Below, one piece after another: positions 29,034 to 39,470 of a stretch of 64,000 nt of DNA. The stretch is from Spirochaetia bacterium (GTDB lineage: Bacteria > Spirochaetota > Spirochaetia > DSM-2461): the NCBI GenBank assembly GCA_963668315.1, contig OY764216.1, positions 5,184,001 through 5,248,000 of the forward strand, written 5' to 3'. The notes under the pieces were generated by a model, which worked only from the letters and a program-made list of their open reading frames with translations, had not been told where the DNA came from and searched no databases. Position 1 is the stretch's first letter; every line of letters begins with the position of its first letter. A program made the position numbers and the translations under genes.

Positions 29034-31685
29034 ATGAAAAAGATACTGTCCATTCCCCTTATCATTCTGGGAAGCCTTTTGGGGCTTATCCTTGTTCTTT
29101 CGGGGATACTCTTTGCTTCTGCGTCCCTGAACCGGGAGGAATCGTCGGATTTCTTCTCTCCCGACCATACGCTCAGGATAGAAGTGGATTCGGTCAGCGG
29201 CCTTATCGGCACGCTCACCGAGTGGGAAGGGGCAAGCATTTTTCTCGAAGAGCCGGAAATGGCCGGAGCTTACGAGTCGTTCATAGAGTGGAAAAACAAT
29301 CCCCTGAGGGAGAGCCGGCTTATCAAGGCCCTTCTGGCGCTCAAGGCGGATATTCTTTTCGACGACCAGTTCAAGCCGCTCATCCTTATCGATCTGGGAT
29401 GGCGCTCCTCGCCGGTCAGGGCCGTTCTCAAATGGGAATCTCTCCGGCACGGCTCCCCCCTGGCGGTTGAATCAAGATACCGGGGCGACGCGGCCTACCG
29501 GCAGATTACCCTGCCCCCTGAGGACGGGGATACCGAGGGAGCCCAGCAGCTCTACCTGGGGATTCGAGGCAACATCCTTATTCTGAGCCCCTCCGAGCCG
29601 TTCCTGGCCGGGACTCTCCAATCGGCCCCTTTTCCCGTCAGGGATTCGCTGAACTACTCCTTTGACCGCCGGCCGGATCTGAAGATCCATCTGAACACCG
29701 ATCGGCTGCTGGAAAAATTCAGCCTTGATTTTCCCGGTCTGGACCTTTTGAGCGGCCAGCTTCCCTTTCATGAGGAGACGCTTCTGGCCGCTTACCTGGA
29801 GGAGGACCAGCTCACCCTGGAAGGTTATGTCCCCGTCAGCAGCGACTCCCCGGTTATGACCGATTTTCTGAGCGCCGATCCCGGGGAGCTGCGTGTTCCC
29901 CGGAAGCTGCCTCTTTCGGTGAACATACTGTCCGGTTACCGTTACGGAGACTTCTCCTCTTTCCTGTCATGGCTGAATCTTTTTCTTCCCGAGGAGAAGC
30001 AGTTTAATCCCGAAGACTACCGGGGCATAACGAAAACCCTCCTGGGGCTCATGCCCGAGGATATCACCGGCTGGATTGGAGAGGAAGCGGGAGCCTTCTC
30101 TCTGGAAGGCTACAGCAGCAGCCCGGTATATTTTGTCGAGATCAGGGATCAGAAAGCCCTGAGCCTTCTCTTTGAAGCCCTGAAGAAAAGCCTTTTCATC
30201 AAGGCTCAGGATAATCTCCTTATGGATGATACCAGGATCACCCGCCTCTCCCTTCCCGGCCCCCTGAAACTTCTGACCGAACGCTTCACAGGCCCCCTGG
30301 AAACACCCTTCATCATCAACCGGGAAGGATATCTTTTCCTGTCCCACGATCCGGAAACCCTGGCTTACCTCTCCCGGGAACTGGGAGGCAGGGATACTCT
30401 TGCCTCCACCGATTCCTTTAAGAAAGCCAGCGGCCAGCTGCCGGAAAAGAGCCCCCTTCTCTTTTATTATGACCTCAATTCCGCCATGCCGCGGGTTCTT
30501 CTGCAGGATAATCCCCTTTCCAAGCTGATCCGCCTTTACGAAAAGGGCCATTTCTATGTTACCTACCACAGGGATGAAATCCGGTTTCAGTTCCACGGCG
30601 TTAAAACACCGCCCCGCCAGTCCGGTCCCTTCCCCGGTTTCCCCCTGGATACGGGAGAAAATATCATGACCCCCGTCCTTACCGGAGATCTGGGGGAAAG
30701 CCGGCTTCCCGAATTTGCCTTTCTCAACAAGGAAGGGGAACTGATCATAACGAATTTTCTGGGAACGCCCCAGTCGCGCACCCTTATGCCGGAAGGGACC
30801 TCCCTTCTGGAAATGACCAGGGGGGAGGGAGTTCTCACCTTCGGGAGGAACGGATTTCTCACGGTCCCCTTGGAAGGCCTGGGTTTATCCCGGGAGGAGA
30901 CACCCTTTCCCTGGAGCTGGACCTTCGACCCCGTCCCCTTCGGCAGAAAATATCTTCTCTTCCGACGCGATGAGGGGCAGCTCTATCTGATATCTCCCGC
31001 TGAGACAGAACCTTTCGGCCCGCCCTTTTCCAAAACGGTTCTGAATGAGCCGGACAGCCTGAAAGGAAAGTTCGTCGCCCTCTATCCGAAAGATCTCTTC
31101 GGAACCCTTTATGTCCTGAATTCCCAGGGTTCTCCCCTTCCCGGATGGCCCCGGCAGGGAGGGGCCATATCCCTGAGCGGGCCCCGTTTCCTGGAAGACG
31201 ACGGGGAAGACTATCTGCTCTATCTGAGTCAGAAGGGAACCCTGGATATCAGGGGCATGGACGGCCAGCCCGCCGTTTCCCCCATCGATATGGGAGAGAG
31301 CTACCTGTCCCCGCCCGTGGCCATGAAGGACGGCCGCAAGGGGCTCATCGCCCTTCTGAGCGAGAAGGGCAGGATCAGTCTGCTGGATGGAAAGGGCAAC
31401 ATTCTGAGGGAGGAGAAACTCCGCCTGCCCCGGAGCGAAGAGGTTTGCCTCCTTGCCTATGACATAGAGGGAGACGGCCGGGATGAGCTCTTCCTCCACT
31501 CCGCGGGAAACCGCATCTTCGGATGGGATTCGACCCTTACGCCCCTCTCCGGCTTTCCCCTGGACGGTCATTACCGGCCGGTCTTTACCGATCTGGACGG
31601 CGACGGCACTCCGGAAATGATAAGCGGAGGGGTGGATAAAAAGATATACGCCTATAGCCTGAGAAATCTGAAAAAGGATGAATAG
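29034..31685 (+). CDS. Large membrane-anchored protein with C-terminal FG-GAP/VCBS-like repeats
   Basis: N-terminal TM; PGFP, PGWP and SGFP repeats, DIEGDGRDE, DLDGDGTPE. Confidence 0.7.
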   Translation: MKKILSIPLIILGSLLGLILVLSGILFASASLNREESSDFFSPDHTLRIEVDSVSGLIGTLTEWEGASIFLEEPEMAGAYESFIEWKNNPLRESRLIKALLALKADILFDDQFKPLILIDLGWRSSPVRAVLKWESLRHGSPLAVESRYRGDAAYRQITLPPEDGDTEGAQQLYLGIRGNILILSPSEPFLAGTLQSAPFPVRDSLNYSFDRRPDLKIHLNTDRLLEKFSLDFPGLDLLSGQLPFHEETLLAAYLEEDQLTLEGYVPVSSDSPVMTDFLSADPGELRVPRKLPLSVNILSGYRYGDFSSFLSWLNLFLPEEKQFNPEDYRGITKTLLGLMPEDITGWIGEEAGAFSLEGYSSSPVYFVEIRDQKALSLLFEALKKSLFIKAQDNLLMDDTRITRLSLPGPLKLLTERFTGPLETPFIINREGYLFLSHDPETLAYLSRELGGRDTLASTDSFKKASGQLPEKSPLLFYYDLNSAMPRVLLQDNPLSKLIRLYEKGHFYVTYHRDEIRFQFHGVKTPPRQSGPFPGFPLDTGENIMTPVLTGDLGESRLPEFAFLNKEGELIITNFLGTPQSRTLMPEGTSLLEMTRGEGVLTFGRNGFLTVPLEGLGLSREETPFPWSWTFDPVPFGRKYLLFRRDEGQLYLISPAETEPFGPPFSKTVLNEPDSLKGKFVALYPKDLFGTLYVLNSQGSPLPGWPRQGGAISLSGPRFLEDDGEDYLLYLSQKGTLDIRGMDGQPAVSPIDMGESYLSPPVAMKDGRKGLIALLSEKGRISLLDGKGNILREEKLRLPRSEEVCLLAYDIEGDGRDELFLHSAGNRIFGWDSTLTPLSGFPLDGHYRPVFTDLDGDGTPEMISGGVDKKIYAYSLRNLKKDE

Positions 31686-32735
31686 ATGAGATTTTCCTTT
31701 CTTTTGCTGACCTTACTGACCCTGTTTTCCTGCTCGACACTGACGGATAACGTGGTATCCTCCATCGATGAGGAATCGATGAGAAAAACCGAAGCCCTCT
31801 ACCATGAGCTGCTCCGCACCTATCTGGACCTTCCCCTGATGAGCACCAGAGACGGGGTGGAAAAGGAACTGGCCCTGCTCCGGGACAGGGAGACCTACAA
31901 TAAGGATTTCGAGGCACGGGTCCTGGGCCTCAACGCCCTCTGGTCCCTTCTGGAAGGGAAGGAGAGCAGAGCCCGCGGTTATCTGGACGCGCTGGAAAAA
32001 ATGAACCGTTCCGGAGAATTATCCTATATAACCCCTGCCCTTCTCTCGGAAGATCCGGTTATCCTTCTTCGGGAGGGTGAGACGAATCTCTATGAAACCA
32101 AATACCTTCCTCTTTTTCTGGGGGAGGAGTCCTACAAAAAGGGAGATTTCGGGACGGCCCTCTCCTATTTTGAGAAAGCGGAGCCCGTCCTTCCCCCCGA
32201 TCTGGCCTCCTTTGTAAAAGGGCGCATGGATACCAGTCTCCAGCTCTACCTTTCCCCGGTCGCCGATGAATCAGGCCGGGAGATAATGGAGAAGGAGGAA
32301 CTCACCCTCTCCGATCTGATAGGCTATTTCCACGGACAGACCGATATATTTTACGAGCTGGACGGCGGGGAGGAAGAGACCACCTGGGCCAACTGGGTCG
32401 GGGAACAGCTTCTGCTCCCGGGAGACAAACCGGCCGCGGTACTTCTGAGGCGGAAGCTGGCCAATATACTGTACCGAATGGACTGGTATCGGGACCATGC
32501 CCATGATCCCTTTCCCGGAACCGTTGCTCTGACTCTGCCCGATGAGTATGCCTTTCTGGAAGTGAGCCCTATCAGCGATGTGTCCCTGGACGATCCGGAC
32601 TTTCCCGCCATACTGATGGTAATAGAGAGGGAATGGATTAATATGGTGGACGGGGAACATTTTTCCCCGGACCGGCCGGTCCGGGGAGAGGAGCTTCTCC
32701 CTCTAATGGAGAAGCTGCCCGGGTATTTTCACTAG
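31686..32735 (+). CDS. Lipoprotein with TPR-like helices and a C-terminal SLH-like domain
   Basis: LFSC lipobox; LGEESYKKGDFGTALSYFEKA; ISDV..DDPDF.AI......WI...DG.HFSPDRPV. Confidence 0.65.
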   Translation: MRFSFLLLTLLTLFSCSTLTDNVVSSIDEESMRKTEALYHELLRTYLDLPLMSTRDGVEKELALLRDRETYNKDFEARVLGLNALWSLLEGKESRARGYLDALEKMNRSGELSYITPALLSEDPVILLREGETNLYETKYLPLFLGEESYKKGDFGTALSYFEKAEPVLPPDLASFVKGRMDTSLQLYLSPVADESGREIMEKEELTLSDLIGYFHGQTDIFYELDGGEEETTWANWVGEQLLLPGDKPAAVLLRRKLANILYRMDWYRDHAHDPFPGTVALTLPDEYAFLEVSPISDVSLDDPDFPAILMVIEREWINMVDGEHFSPDRPVRGEELLPLMEKLPGYFH

Positions 32736-34168
32736 AAGCGGGAATAGTTCGGCGCTTCCTGAGTGATGGAGACATCGTGCGCGTGGGACTCTTTCAGACC
32801 GGCTCCCGAGATACGGACGAACTTCTGATAGGCGTTCATCTCCTCGATGGTCTTATTGCCGGTGTAACCCATGCCTTTCTTGAGGCCCGTTACCAGCTGG
32901 TTCAGGTAGGGGGCCAGCTCGCCCTTGTAGGGAACTCTTCCCTCGATGCCTTCCGGCACGGGCTCATCCCCTTCCTTCATATTGTATCTGTCGCCGCCGC
33001 CCTTCTTGATGGCTCCTACGGAACCCATGCCGCGGTATGTTTTGAAGATGCGCCCTTCGAAGATAATCTCCTTTCCGGGGGCCTCTTTCAGACCGGCGAA
33101 CAGATTTCCGATCATAATGGAGGAAGCACCGGCTCCCACGGCCTTGACGATATCACCGGAGAATTTGATGCCTCCGTCGGCTATGACGGGGATATTATAT
33201 TTCCGTGCGGCCTTCGCCGAATCGTAGACAGCGGAGAACTGGGGAACACCGATTCCCGCGACAATTCTGGTGGTGCAGATGGAACCCGGACCGACTCCGA
33301 CTTTCACCGCGTCCGCCCCGGCTTTAATCACCCTTTCGGTTCCGTCTTCATCGATAACGTTACCGCCGATGACCTGAATGTCCCAGTTGTCCTTGATGAA
33401 CCTGATGGCGTCAAGAACATTTTTGCTCACCCCGTGGGCCGCGTCGAGAACGACGAAGTCGCACTTGCTCTCCAGCAGAAGGGGAATACGTTTCTCCAAG
33501 TCGTTGGGAGATACGGCGGCGCCCACGATAAGTCTGCCGTGGGCATCGGTGGCGGCATTGGGGAAATTCGCTTTTTTCTCCATATCGGTGACGGTGATCA
33601 AACCGGTGAGATGGTTGTTCTCATCGACAACGGGAAGCTTTTCGATGCGGTGCTCATAGAATTTCTGGGCCGCCGTTTCCGAAGTGGGAGTTCCCCGCTC
33701 CACAACGAGATCGGTCGTCATGACCTCGTGGACAGGCTGATTGCCGTGCTTGCAGAACCGCATATCCCGGTTGGTGATGATACCTATCAGCTTGCCCTTA
33801 TCCAGAACGGGGAGTCCGGTAACGCCCTGGGAGATCATGATTCTCTCCACGTCGGAAACCGTCTGATGGGCCTCCACCGTAATGGGATCTTCAATGACCC
33901 AGTTCAGATAGCGCTTGACGTGACCGACCTGGAGGGCCTGTTCTACGGGACTCAGATTGCGGTGGATAACACCGGCGCCTCCCTGAAGAGCCAGGGCGAT
34001 GGCCATGTCCTCTTCGGTTACCGTATCCATGGCGGCGGAAAGAATAGGAACGTTTAAGGTAATCTTGTTCGTCAGCCTCGTCGTCAGATCCACCTCGTGG
34101 GGAAGAACTTCCGAATAACGGGGCACCATCAAAACATCGTCGTAACTTAATTTTTCCTCAATCTGCAT
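32732..34168 (-). CDS. guaB: IMP dehydrogenase (with CBS pair)
   Basis: [37 protein letters not shown]. Confidence 0.97.
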   Translation of the reverse strand: MQIEEKLSYDDVLMVPRYSEVLPHEVDLTTRLTNKITLNVPILSAAMDTVTEEDMAIALALQGGAGVIHRNLSPVEQALQVGHVKRYLNWVIEDPITVEAHQTVSDVERIMISQGVTGLPVLDKGKLIGIITNRDMRFCKHGNQPVHEVMTTDLVVERGTPTSETAAQKFYEHRIEKLPVVDENNHLTGLITVTDMEKKANFPNAATDAHGRLIVGAAVSPNDLEKRIPLLLESKCDFVVLDAAHGVSKNVLDAIRFIKDNWDIQVIGGNVIDEDGTERVIKAGADAVKVGVGPGSICTTRIVAGIGVPQFSAVYDSAKAARKYNIPVIADGGIKFSGDIVKAVGAGASSIMIGNLFAGLKEAPGKEIIFEGRIFKTYRGMGSVGAIKKGGGDRYNMKEGDEPVPEGIEGRVPYKGELAPYLNQLVTGLKKGMGYTGNKTIEEMNAYQKFVRISGAGLKESHAHDVSITQEAPNYSRF

Positions 34169-34171
34169 ACA

Positions 34172-35611
34172 CTACCCCCTCCCAAGGGCTTTAGTCAGTT
34201 CATCGCATACCGCCCGGTATTTCTCAACCAGGCCCAGAGTCTTCTCCACCGTTTTTCCCCGGTACAGTTCGGGCTTGGCATAAAACTCATCCCCGTCCAG
34301 TCCGGTTATTTTCTTCATCTGCTCCTTGATGACTTCCCAGACTTCCGGTTCGTCCTCCTGGAGTATTTCATACAGTTTCTTACCCGTCTCCTGGCACCGG
34401 AGAGTGGCACGGCGGACGATTTCGTGTCCTTCGTTCACGCCGCCCATGGCGATAAGGATATAGGTGGGCTCGGCCAGGACCAGATCGCCCTGTTCCCGAA
34501 GGTTCTTCATCAGCCGGTCTTCGTTGACTGTCATTCCCTTGAGAATCTTGTTCATACGGGCCACGGCGGCGGCGAAACCGGCCATGTAATCGGCCTGAAA
34601 CCGGGCGCTCGCCGAATTGGAAAGGTCCCTCTGATGTTCGGAGATCTGATCCATGTAAAAGGACATGACCCGGGGAGCGAAAGCCTTCCAGAGGCTCTTC
34701 ACATGCTCGCAGTTCCAGGGATTACGTTTCTGGGGCATCGTACTGGAACCTACCTGGGTGCTGGAAAAATACTCCCGCACTTCGTCAATCTCGCTTCTCT
34801 GGAGGTGGCGCAGGTCATCGGCCAGGTTGGCGATAATGCCGAAAGCGGTGTTCAGTTCCAGAAAGAGGCGCAGAAGGTACTCCGGCTCGACCATCTGGGT
34901 GGAGTATTCCGAAGGCTTGAGGCCCAGGTGATTCAGGTATATCTCTTCCATCCTGAAAGGATCGGATGTCATCATGCTGGTGGCGTTGTAACCGCCCACC
35001 GCACCGGCCAGTTTGCCCCTCTGGTCCAGGCTCAGCTTATCGATCTCTTTGATGGACTGGCCCAGACGGCTCACATATTCGGCAAAGGCGTAGCCCAGGG
35101 TTACGGGTACGGCGTGCTGCCCGTGGGTCCGGCCGACCTGGGGAACGGCGGCGTTATCCTCGGCCAGGCGGATAAGATGCTCCTCCAGCTCTATGAGCAG
35201 GGGAAGGAGGACTTCCCGCGTGGCGTCCCTCATTTTCATGGAGTTGGCCGTATCCAGAATATCGACGCTGGTGGCGCCCATGTGAACATAGGGCTTGAGT
35301 CTTGCGGGAACCTTGCGGTTCATAACGTTGACGAGGGCGCGTATATTGTGCTGGGTTTTCTCTTCTTCTTTGTAGACTTCTTCCGGATCGATCTGTTCCT
35401 CCAGACCTTCCAGAGCCGCCAGGAGCTCTCCGTCGTTCCCTTCCTGCAACTCGATATGGGTCTTCAGGAGGGCGATTTCCGCCCGGGCGCAGTAGGATAC
35501 GCCGGCTTCTTCGGAGATATAAAGGGCGAGTTTTTCAAATATTTCCTTGTTGGATTGATAGTACCTGTGATCCAGGGGACTTATATTCTTAAAAATGCTT
35601 CGTGATTCCAT
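34172..35611 (-). CDS. purB: Adenylosuccinate lyase
   Basis: ISPLD.RY, HMGATS.D, GRTHGQHA, GSSTMPQKRNP; upstream of guaB. Confidence 0.92.
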   Translation of the reverse strand: MESRSIFKNISPLDHRYYQSNKEIFEKLALYISEEAGVSYCARAEIALLKTHIELQEGNDGELLAALEGLEEQIDPEEVYKEEEKTQHNIRALVNVMNRKVPARLKPYVHMGATSVDILDTANSMKMRDATREVLLPLLIELEEHLIRLAEDNAAVPQVGRTHGQHAVPVTLGYAFAEYVSRLGQSIKEIDKLSLDQRGKLAGAVGGYNATSMMTSDPFRMEEIYLNHLGLKPSEYSTQMVEPEYLLRLFLELNTAFGIIANLADDLRHLQRSEIDEVREYFSSTQVGSSTMPQKRNPWNCEHVKSLWKAFAPRVMSFYMDQISEHQRDLSNSASARFQADYMAGFAAAVARMNKILKGMTVNEDRLMKNLREQGDLVLAEPTYILIAMGGVNEGHEIVRRATLRCQETGKKLYEILQEDEPEVWEVIKEQMKKITGLDGDEFYAKPELYRGKTVEKTLGLVEKYRAVCDELTKALGRG

Positions 35612-35672
35612 ACAGAAGAATTACATAAAGCCGAGAAAAAGTAAAGCGAGAACAAATGTTATTTATTTCTTT

Positions 35673-37544
35673 TTAGTGATAATTCCGCCAGAACTCTTTC
35701 TTCAGATAACCCCCGTTCGGCCGGGAGGTTTCCGGATTATACCAGCCGGTCCACCTTTCGTCCCGGTCGCCCTCCTTGCGCGTGACAGTGTGCTCTTCAA
35801 TCATATTATTGATTTCCAGGCAGTCCCGTACCTTATTCTCCGATTCGGGGAATTCCAGCATGGCCATGAAAATCCTGTTCAGCTGCAGAAGCAGTTTAAC
35901 GGGAAGGATGAAATGGTCGTGAAAGAAGACCTGGTTCCTCTGGATTTTTTCCTCCAGGGCCGTCACCTTCTCATGGGCCTCTTCCAGTACGGCGATACGC
36001 CTGCGGCAGGAATCCCTTCTCTTTTCCCAGTATTCCCCGACGCATTTTCTCTCCATGAGGAAGGTACTCTGCCAGCGTGAGATATCGCTCATGACCCGGA
36101 TATAACCGTATCCTCCCTCCTGCCCTTCATGGAGAAGGGAGAGAACCTCCCCTATGGCATTTGTTCTCTCGGGAGAAAAATACCGTTCTATCCACTCGGC
36201 CATAAAAGTCCTGCCGTCAAATTCGGCGGGATTCTGGCACAGCCTGGCCAGCCCCTCCATATTCATGGTGAAGTGGCGGAATGTCTGCCCGGTGACCTGA
36301 TTGTAACTGTTCATGCCCTTCTCAAGGAGGGCCATTTTCATGCTCTTCTCCAGGATAAAGGGATAGGGGTCCTGAACAAGATGGTTATACCAGTAACCGG
36401 CATGCATGGAGGTTCCCCGCCTGTAGGGGCACTCGTCTTCCGGCTCCCTGTCCATGACACCGTAGCCGTCGTCGGGCCAGCTGATAATGAAATCCTCAGC
36501 CGGCAGGGGCCTGAAGCCCTCCTGGTAGACGTCCACCCCTTCCCGGGAGAGATCGGCCACGATCAGCGCCCCGGGGTTGTGCTCCCGGATAATATCCCTC
36601 ATAACGGGAAAGACTTCGTTGAAGACTTCGGCGGTATTTTCTCCGCTTGAAGAGCTGTAGGGATGGTCAAGCTTCTGGTGGCGGGGCTGATTGAGGAAGA
36701 TGTCCGCCCGCCCGATGGGAGTCTCCTTTAGATAATAGCACCAGGTCTCTATCCACTCCTCCCTGTGATGGGTCCAGTCATAGGAAGCCTCGTCGCTTAT
36801 GGTCTTGAAGTGCCAGCCCAGGGAAAAGGAGACCTGAATCAGCATGCCCTTCTCCCGGGCATAATCGATGATCCGGTTGACCAGTTCCACATCGGCCTGA
36901 TAACCGGGACGGATCCTCAGGTAGGGGACGCGGGTGATGAACTCGGTCCTCCCCAGCTGGTCGTAAATATCCAGAGCATTGTACCCGACCCGGACGAGGG
37001 AGTCGATCATCTCCTTCCAGAGGGGGAAATCGATCTCCAGATAGGGTTCGGAAAGATTGGCCAGCTCATCATATTCACTCCCTTTGTAACAGCGGATGGC
37101 CACAAGGGGAGCGGGAATCTCCCTCTCCTTTATCCGGGAGATTTCGGGAAAAGAGGTCTTTTCGGGGAAATTGCCCGTCCAGAAGGCAAAGGGATCCACG
37201 CCCAGTTCATTCAGGGTAAAACTATAAACGGCCCTTTGGGTGCCCTCTCCGTCGAATCCCCCGAGCAGCAGCCGATCGGGCCCCAGAACCCTGACGACAG
37301 CCCCTCCCGGAGCGGAACAGGGACTATCCGGGGGAAAGAGACTCCCCTCCTCCAGATTCCATTCGGAAAAGCAGGTCTGATGGCCGACGAAAATATGACC
37401 GCCCGGGCCGTCATACCGGCTGTCTTCGGCAATATGGCAGTCACAGGATTTCAATAGGGAAATATCGGAAAGGAGATCTTCCGCCGCCCGCAGCTCGCGG
37501 CTTTCCGCTTCGGATGAGATGTGTATAGTAAGTTTTCTTTTCAT
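35673..37544 (-). CDS. Divergent GH115-like glycoside hydrolase
   Basis: GFDGEGT.RAVY....ELGVDPFAFW and WPDDGYG resemble GH115 blocks; the rest is divergent. Confidence 0.5.
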   Translation of the reverse strand: MKRKLTIHISSEAESRELRAAEDLLSDISLLKSCDCHIAEDSRYDGPGGHIFVGHQTCFSEWNLEEGSLFPPDSPCSAPGGAVVRVLGPDRLLLGGFDGEGTQRAVYSFTLNELGVDPFAFWTGNFPEKTSFPEISRIKEREIPAPLVAIRCYKGSEYDELANLSEPYLEIDFPLWKEMIDSLVRVGYNALDIYDQLGRTEFITRVPYLRIRPGYQADVELVNRIIDYAREKGMLIQVSFSLGWHFKTISDEASYDWTHHREEWIETWCYYLKETPIGRADIFLNQPRHQKLDHPYSSSSGENTAEVFNEVFPVMRDIIREHNPGALIVADLSREGVDVYQEGFRPLPAEDFIISWPDDGYGVMDREPEDECPYRRGTSMHAGYWYNHLVQDPYPFILEKSMKMALLEKGMNSYNQVTGQTFRHFTMNMEGLARLCQNPAEFDGRTFMAEWIERYFSPERTNAIGEVLSLLHEGQEGGYGYIRVMSDISRWQSTFLMERKCVGEYWEKRRDSCRRRIAVLEEAHEKVTALEEKIQRNQVFFHDHFILPVKLLLQLNRIFMAMLEFPESENKVRDCLEINNMIEEHTVTRKEGDRDERWTGWYNPETSRPNGGYLKKEFWRNYH

Positions 37545-37597
37545 GATAAACCGTCCCGAACATCAGCCTAGACTATTCACAAAGGGTTGTCATACCC

Positions 37598-37626
37598 ATT
37601 ATTGGTCTTAATATGGTGGATATTGC
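37598..37626 (-). promoter_or_regulatory. Candidate AraC site, copy 1
   Basis: GCAATATCCACCATATTAAGACCAATAAT, CAATA repeated at 21 bp. Confidence 0.65.
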
Positions 37627-38475
37627 TTAATTCTGCTGGGCAAATTGCTTGGGAGGAATCCCCGTGACTCTCTTGAACACCTTATAGAAATTGGAATAAT
37701 CGCTGAATCCCACGGCATAGCAGGCTTCGATAACCGGAACCCCCCGGCTCAAAAGCTGTTTGGCCTTCATGATCCTTTTATTGCTTATATATTCGAACAC
37801 GGTGAAGCCGGTATTTTTCTTGAAGACATGACAGAGATAATATTTGTTGATGAAAAAAAGATCTTCCAGCTCCTTAAGGGAGAGTTTCTGGTCCAGATTG
37901 TTGTTGATATACTTCAGGATGGAGGTTGTCCGCTCATCGTAGTGCTTCGGTGTGATGATATTGGTATCCCCGTCCACATAAAGGCGGCTCATTTCGACAA
38001 GGAGCTGAATAAAATAGGTTTTGACGAGGGTAAAGGTGTAAAGGGAGTTGTCGTTAACCGCCGCCTCGATTCTCTGGAGAATGGAGAAAAGGGGCTTTGT
38101 ATCGATCTGATCAGCCTTGATAAGGTTGGCATGGCCCAGTTTTCTTTTGGTGAGAAAATCGATGATATGGTAATCGCCCGCCGAGAAACCCTCCAGAAAG
38201 GGCCGATTGAAGTGAATGACGATTCTTTCATAGGCCTCGTCGGACCGGGGGGTGGCCCGGTGCAGCTCATCATTATTTATAATAAGGATATCCCCGGGAT
38301 TCATGGTATAAGCCTGACCCTCGATATAGAAGATCATGTCCCCGGAGAGAAAATAGTAGAATTCGAAAAAGTCATGAAGCTCAATGGGAACATCCTCGGG
38401 AGGAGTCGCTACGGAGTGAAGGTAGTCGAACTGATCTTCAAATTGATAATAGGTGAGAAACTTATCGTTCTTCAT
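37627..38475 (-). CDS. AraC-family regulator (cupin plus double HTH)
   Basis: LHDFFEFYYF cupin; YLCHVFKKNTG, GFSDYSNFYKVFK..TG..P. Confidence 0.94.
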   Translation of the reverse strand: MKNDKFLTYYQFEDQFDYLHSVATPPEDVPIELHDFFEFYYFLSGDMIFYIEGQAYTMNPGDILIINNDELHRATPRSDEAYERIVIHFNRPFLEGFSAGDYHIIDFLTKRKLGHANLIKADQIDTKPLFSILQRIEAAVNDNSLYTFTLVKTYFIQLLVEMSRLYVDGDTNIITPKHYDERTTSILKYINNNLDQKLSLKELEDLFFINKYYLCHVFKKNTGFTVFEYISNKRIMKAKQLLSRGVPVIEACYAVGFSDYSNFYKVFKRVTGIPPKQFAQQN

Positions 38476-38509
38476 AGCCTAACAGAATAAGGGGACTTTA
38501 TCGATCTGG

Positions 38510-38584
38510 CAAGAAAATTGTGCAATATCTACCATTTTTTTACCAATATGTCCAAGGATATGAACAATAGTGTCATGTTATTAT
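38510..38584 (+). promoter_or_regulatory. Candidate AraC site, copy 2, plus extended -10 (TGtTATTAT)
   Basis: CAATAT at 38523 and 38544; ungapped similarity to 52028-52098. Confidence 0.7.
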
Positions 38585-38607
38585 GTGTCTGATAAGGAAG
38601 TTGTCCC

Positions 38608-39345
38608 ATGAAACCAATGATTAGCGCCCACAGAGGCGCTGCCGATATGGCACCTGAAAATACAATTCCCGCAATAGAGAAAGCCCTGGATCTGGGGATT
38701 CCCATGATAGAGCTGGACGTGCGCAGCTCCCTCGACGGCGTTCTTTACGATCTCCATGACCCCACTCTCAACAGGACGACCAGAGGCCGGGGAAACATCC
38801 GCCTCAAACGGTCTTCCCGCATCGAAAAAATCAAGGTTAAGGATGATCATTTCGGTGTGGACTGCACCATTCCCCGCATCGAGTCCATTCTCAAAGAGTA
38901 CGGAGACCGGAGTCACTTCTATTTCGATGTGAAAAAGGGAGTCAAACTGACCACCCTGCTGGATATGGTTTATAAATACAAGCTGGAGAAACGTTCCCTG
39001 TTCTGGTTCAAGGATCCCGCCCAGGCGGCCCTTCTCAAAAAAACCGACCCTTCCCTGGCCTTGAAAATAAACGTCAACGGACCGGAGGATCTGCTTAACA
39101 AACTGGATCAGATTCCCGCCGACGTGATAGAAATCGCCCCGGAGGATTATTCGGAAATCCTTCTGAATATCTGCCGCTCCAGAAAAATCCGCATCATGGT
39201 CAATTTTCTGGACAAGGAAGAGATGTTTCTCGAAAAGCCGAAAAAATGGCCCGTCGACATTGTGAACGTCCACCGGGTGCTTCCCATGATCCCCTACCTG
39301 ACAAAAATACAGGAGAAAAAGAAAAAGAAAAAAGACGAGAACTGA
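38608..39345 (+). CDS. Glycerophosphodiester phosphodiesterase family protein
   Basis: SAHRGA...PENT, IELDV, HDPTL.RTT. Confidence 0.88.
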   Translation: MKPMISAHRGAADMAPENTIPAIEKALDLGIPMIELDVRSSLDGVLYDLHDPTLNRTTRGRGNIRLKRSSRIEKIKVKDDHFGVDCTIPRIESILKEYGDRSHFYFDVKKGVKLTTLLDMVYKYKLEKRSLFWFKDPAQAALLKKTDPSLALKINVNGPEDLLNKLDQIPADVIEIAPEDYSEILLNICRSRKIRIMVNFLDKEEMFLEKPKKWPVDIVNVHRVLPMIPYLTKIQEKKKKKKDEN

Positions 39346-39470
39346 GTGATCCCGTTCTTAGTCCTACTATCCGGGGCCGGCCGGTATACGATGTGATCCG
39401 CCCGCCTATGAAACCTGAAGCAGGCCCGAGGCTGCCGCAGCCTTCACGCCGCGCGAACCAAGGAGTTCCC

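Noticed and set aside
39246..39470. Extension of the GH28 ORF, or a possible RNA motif in the spacer
   Set aside because: The RBS supports 39471; the spacer has only short hairpins and no motif I can recognise
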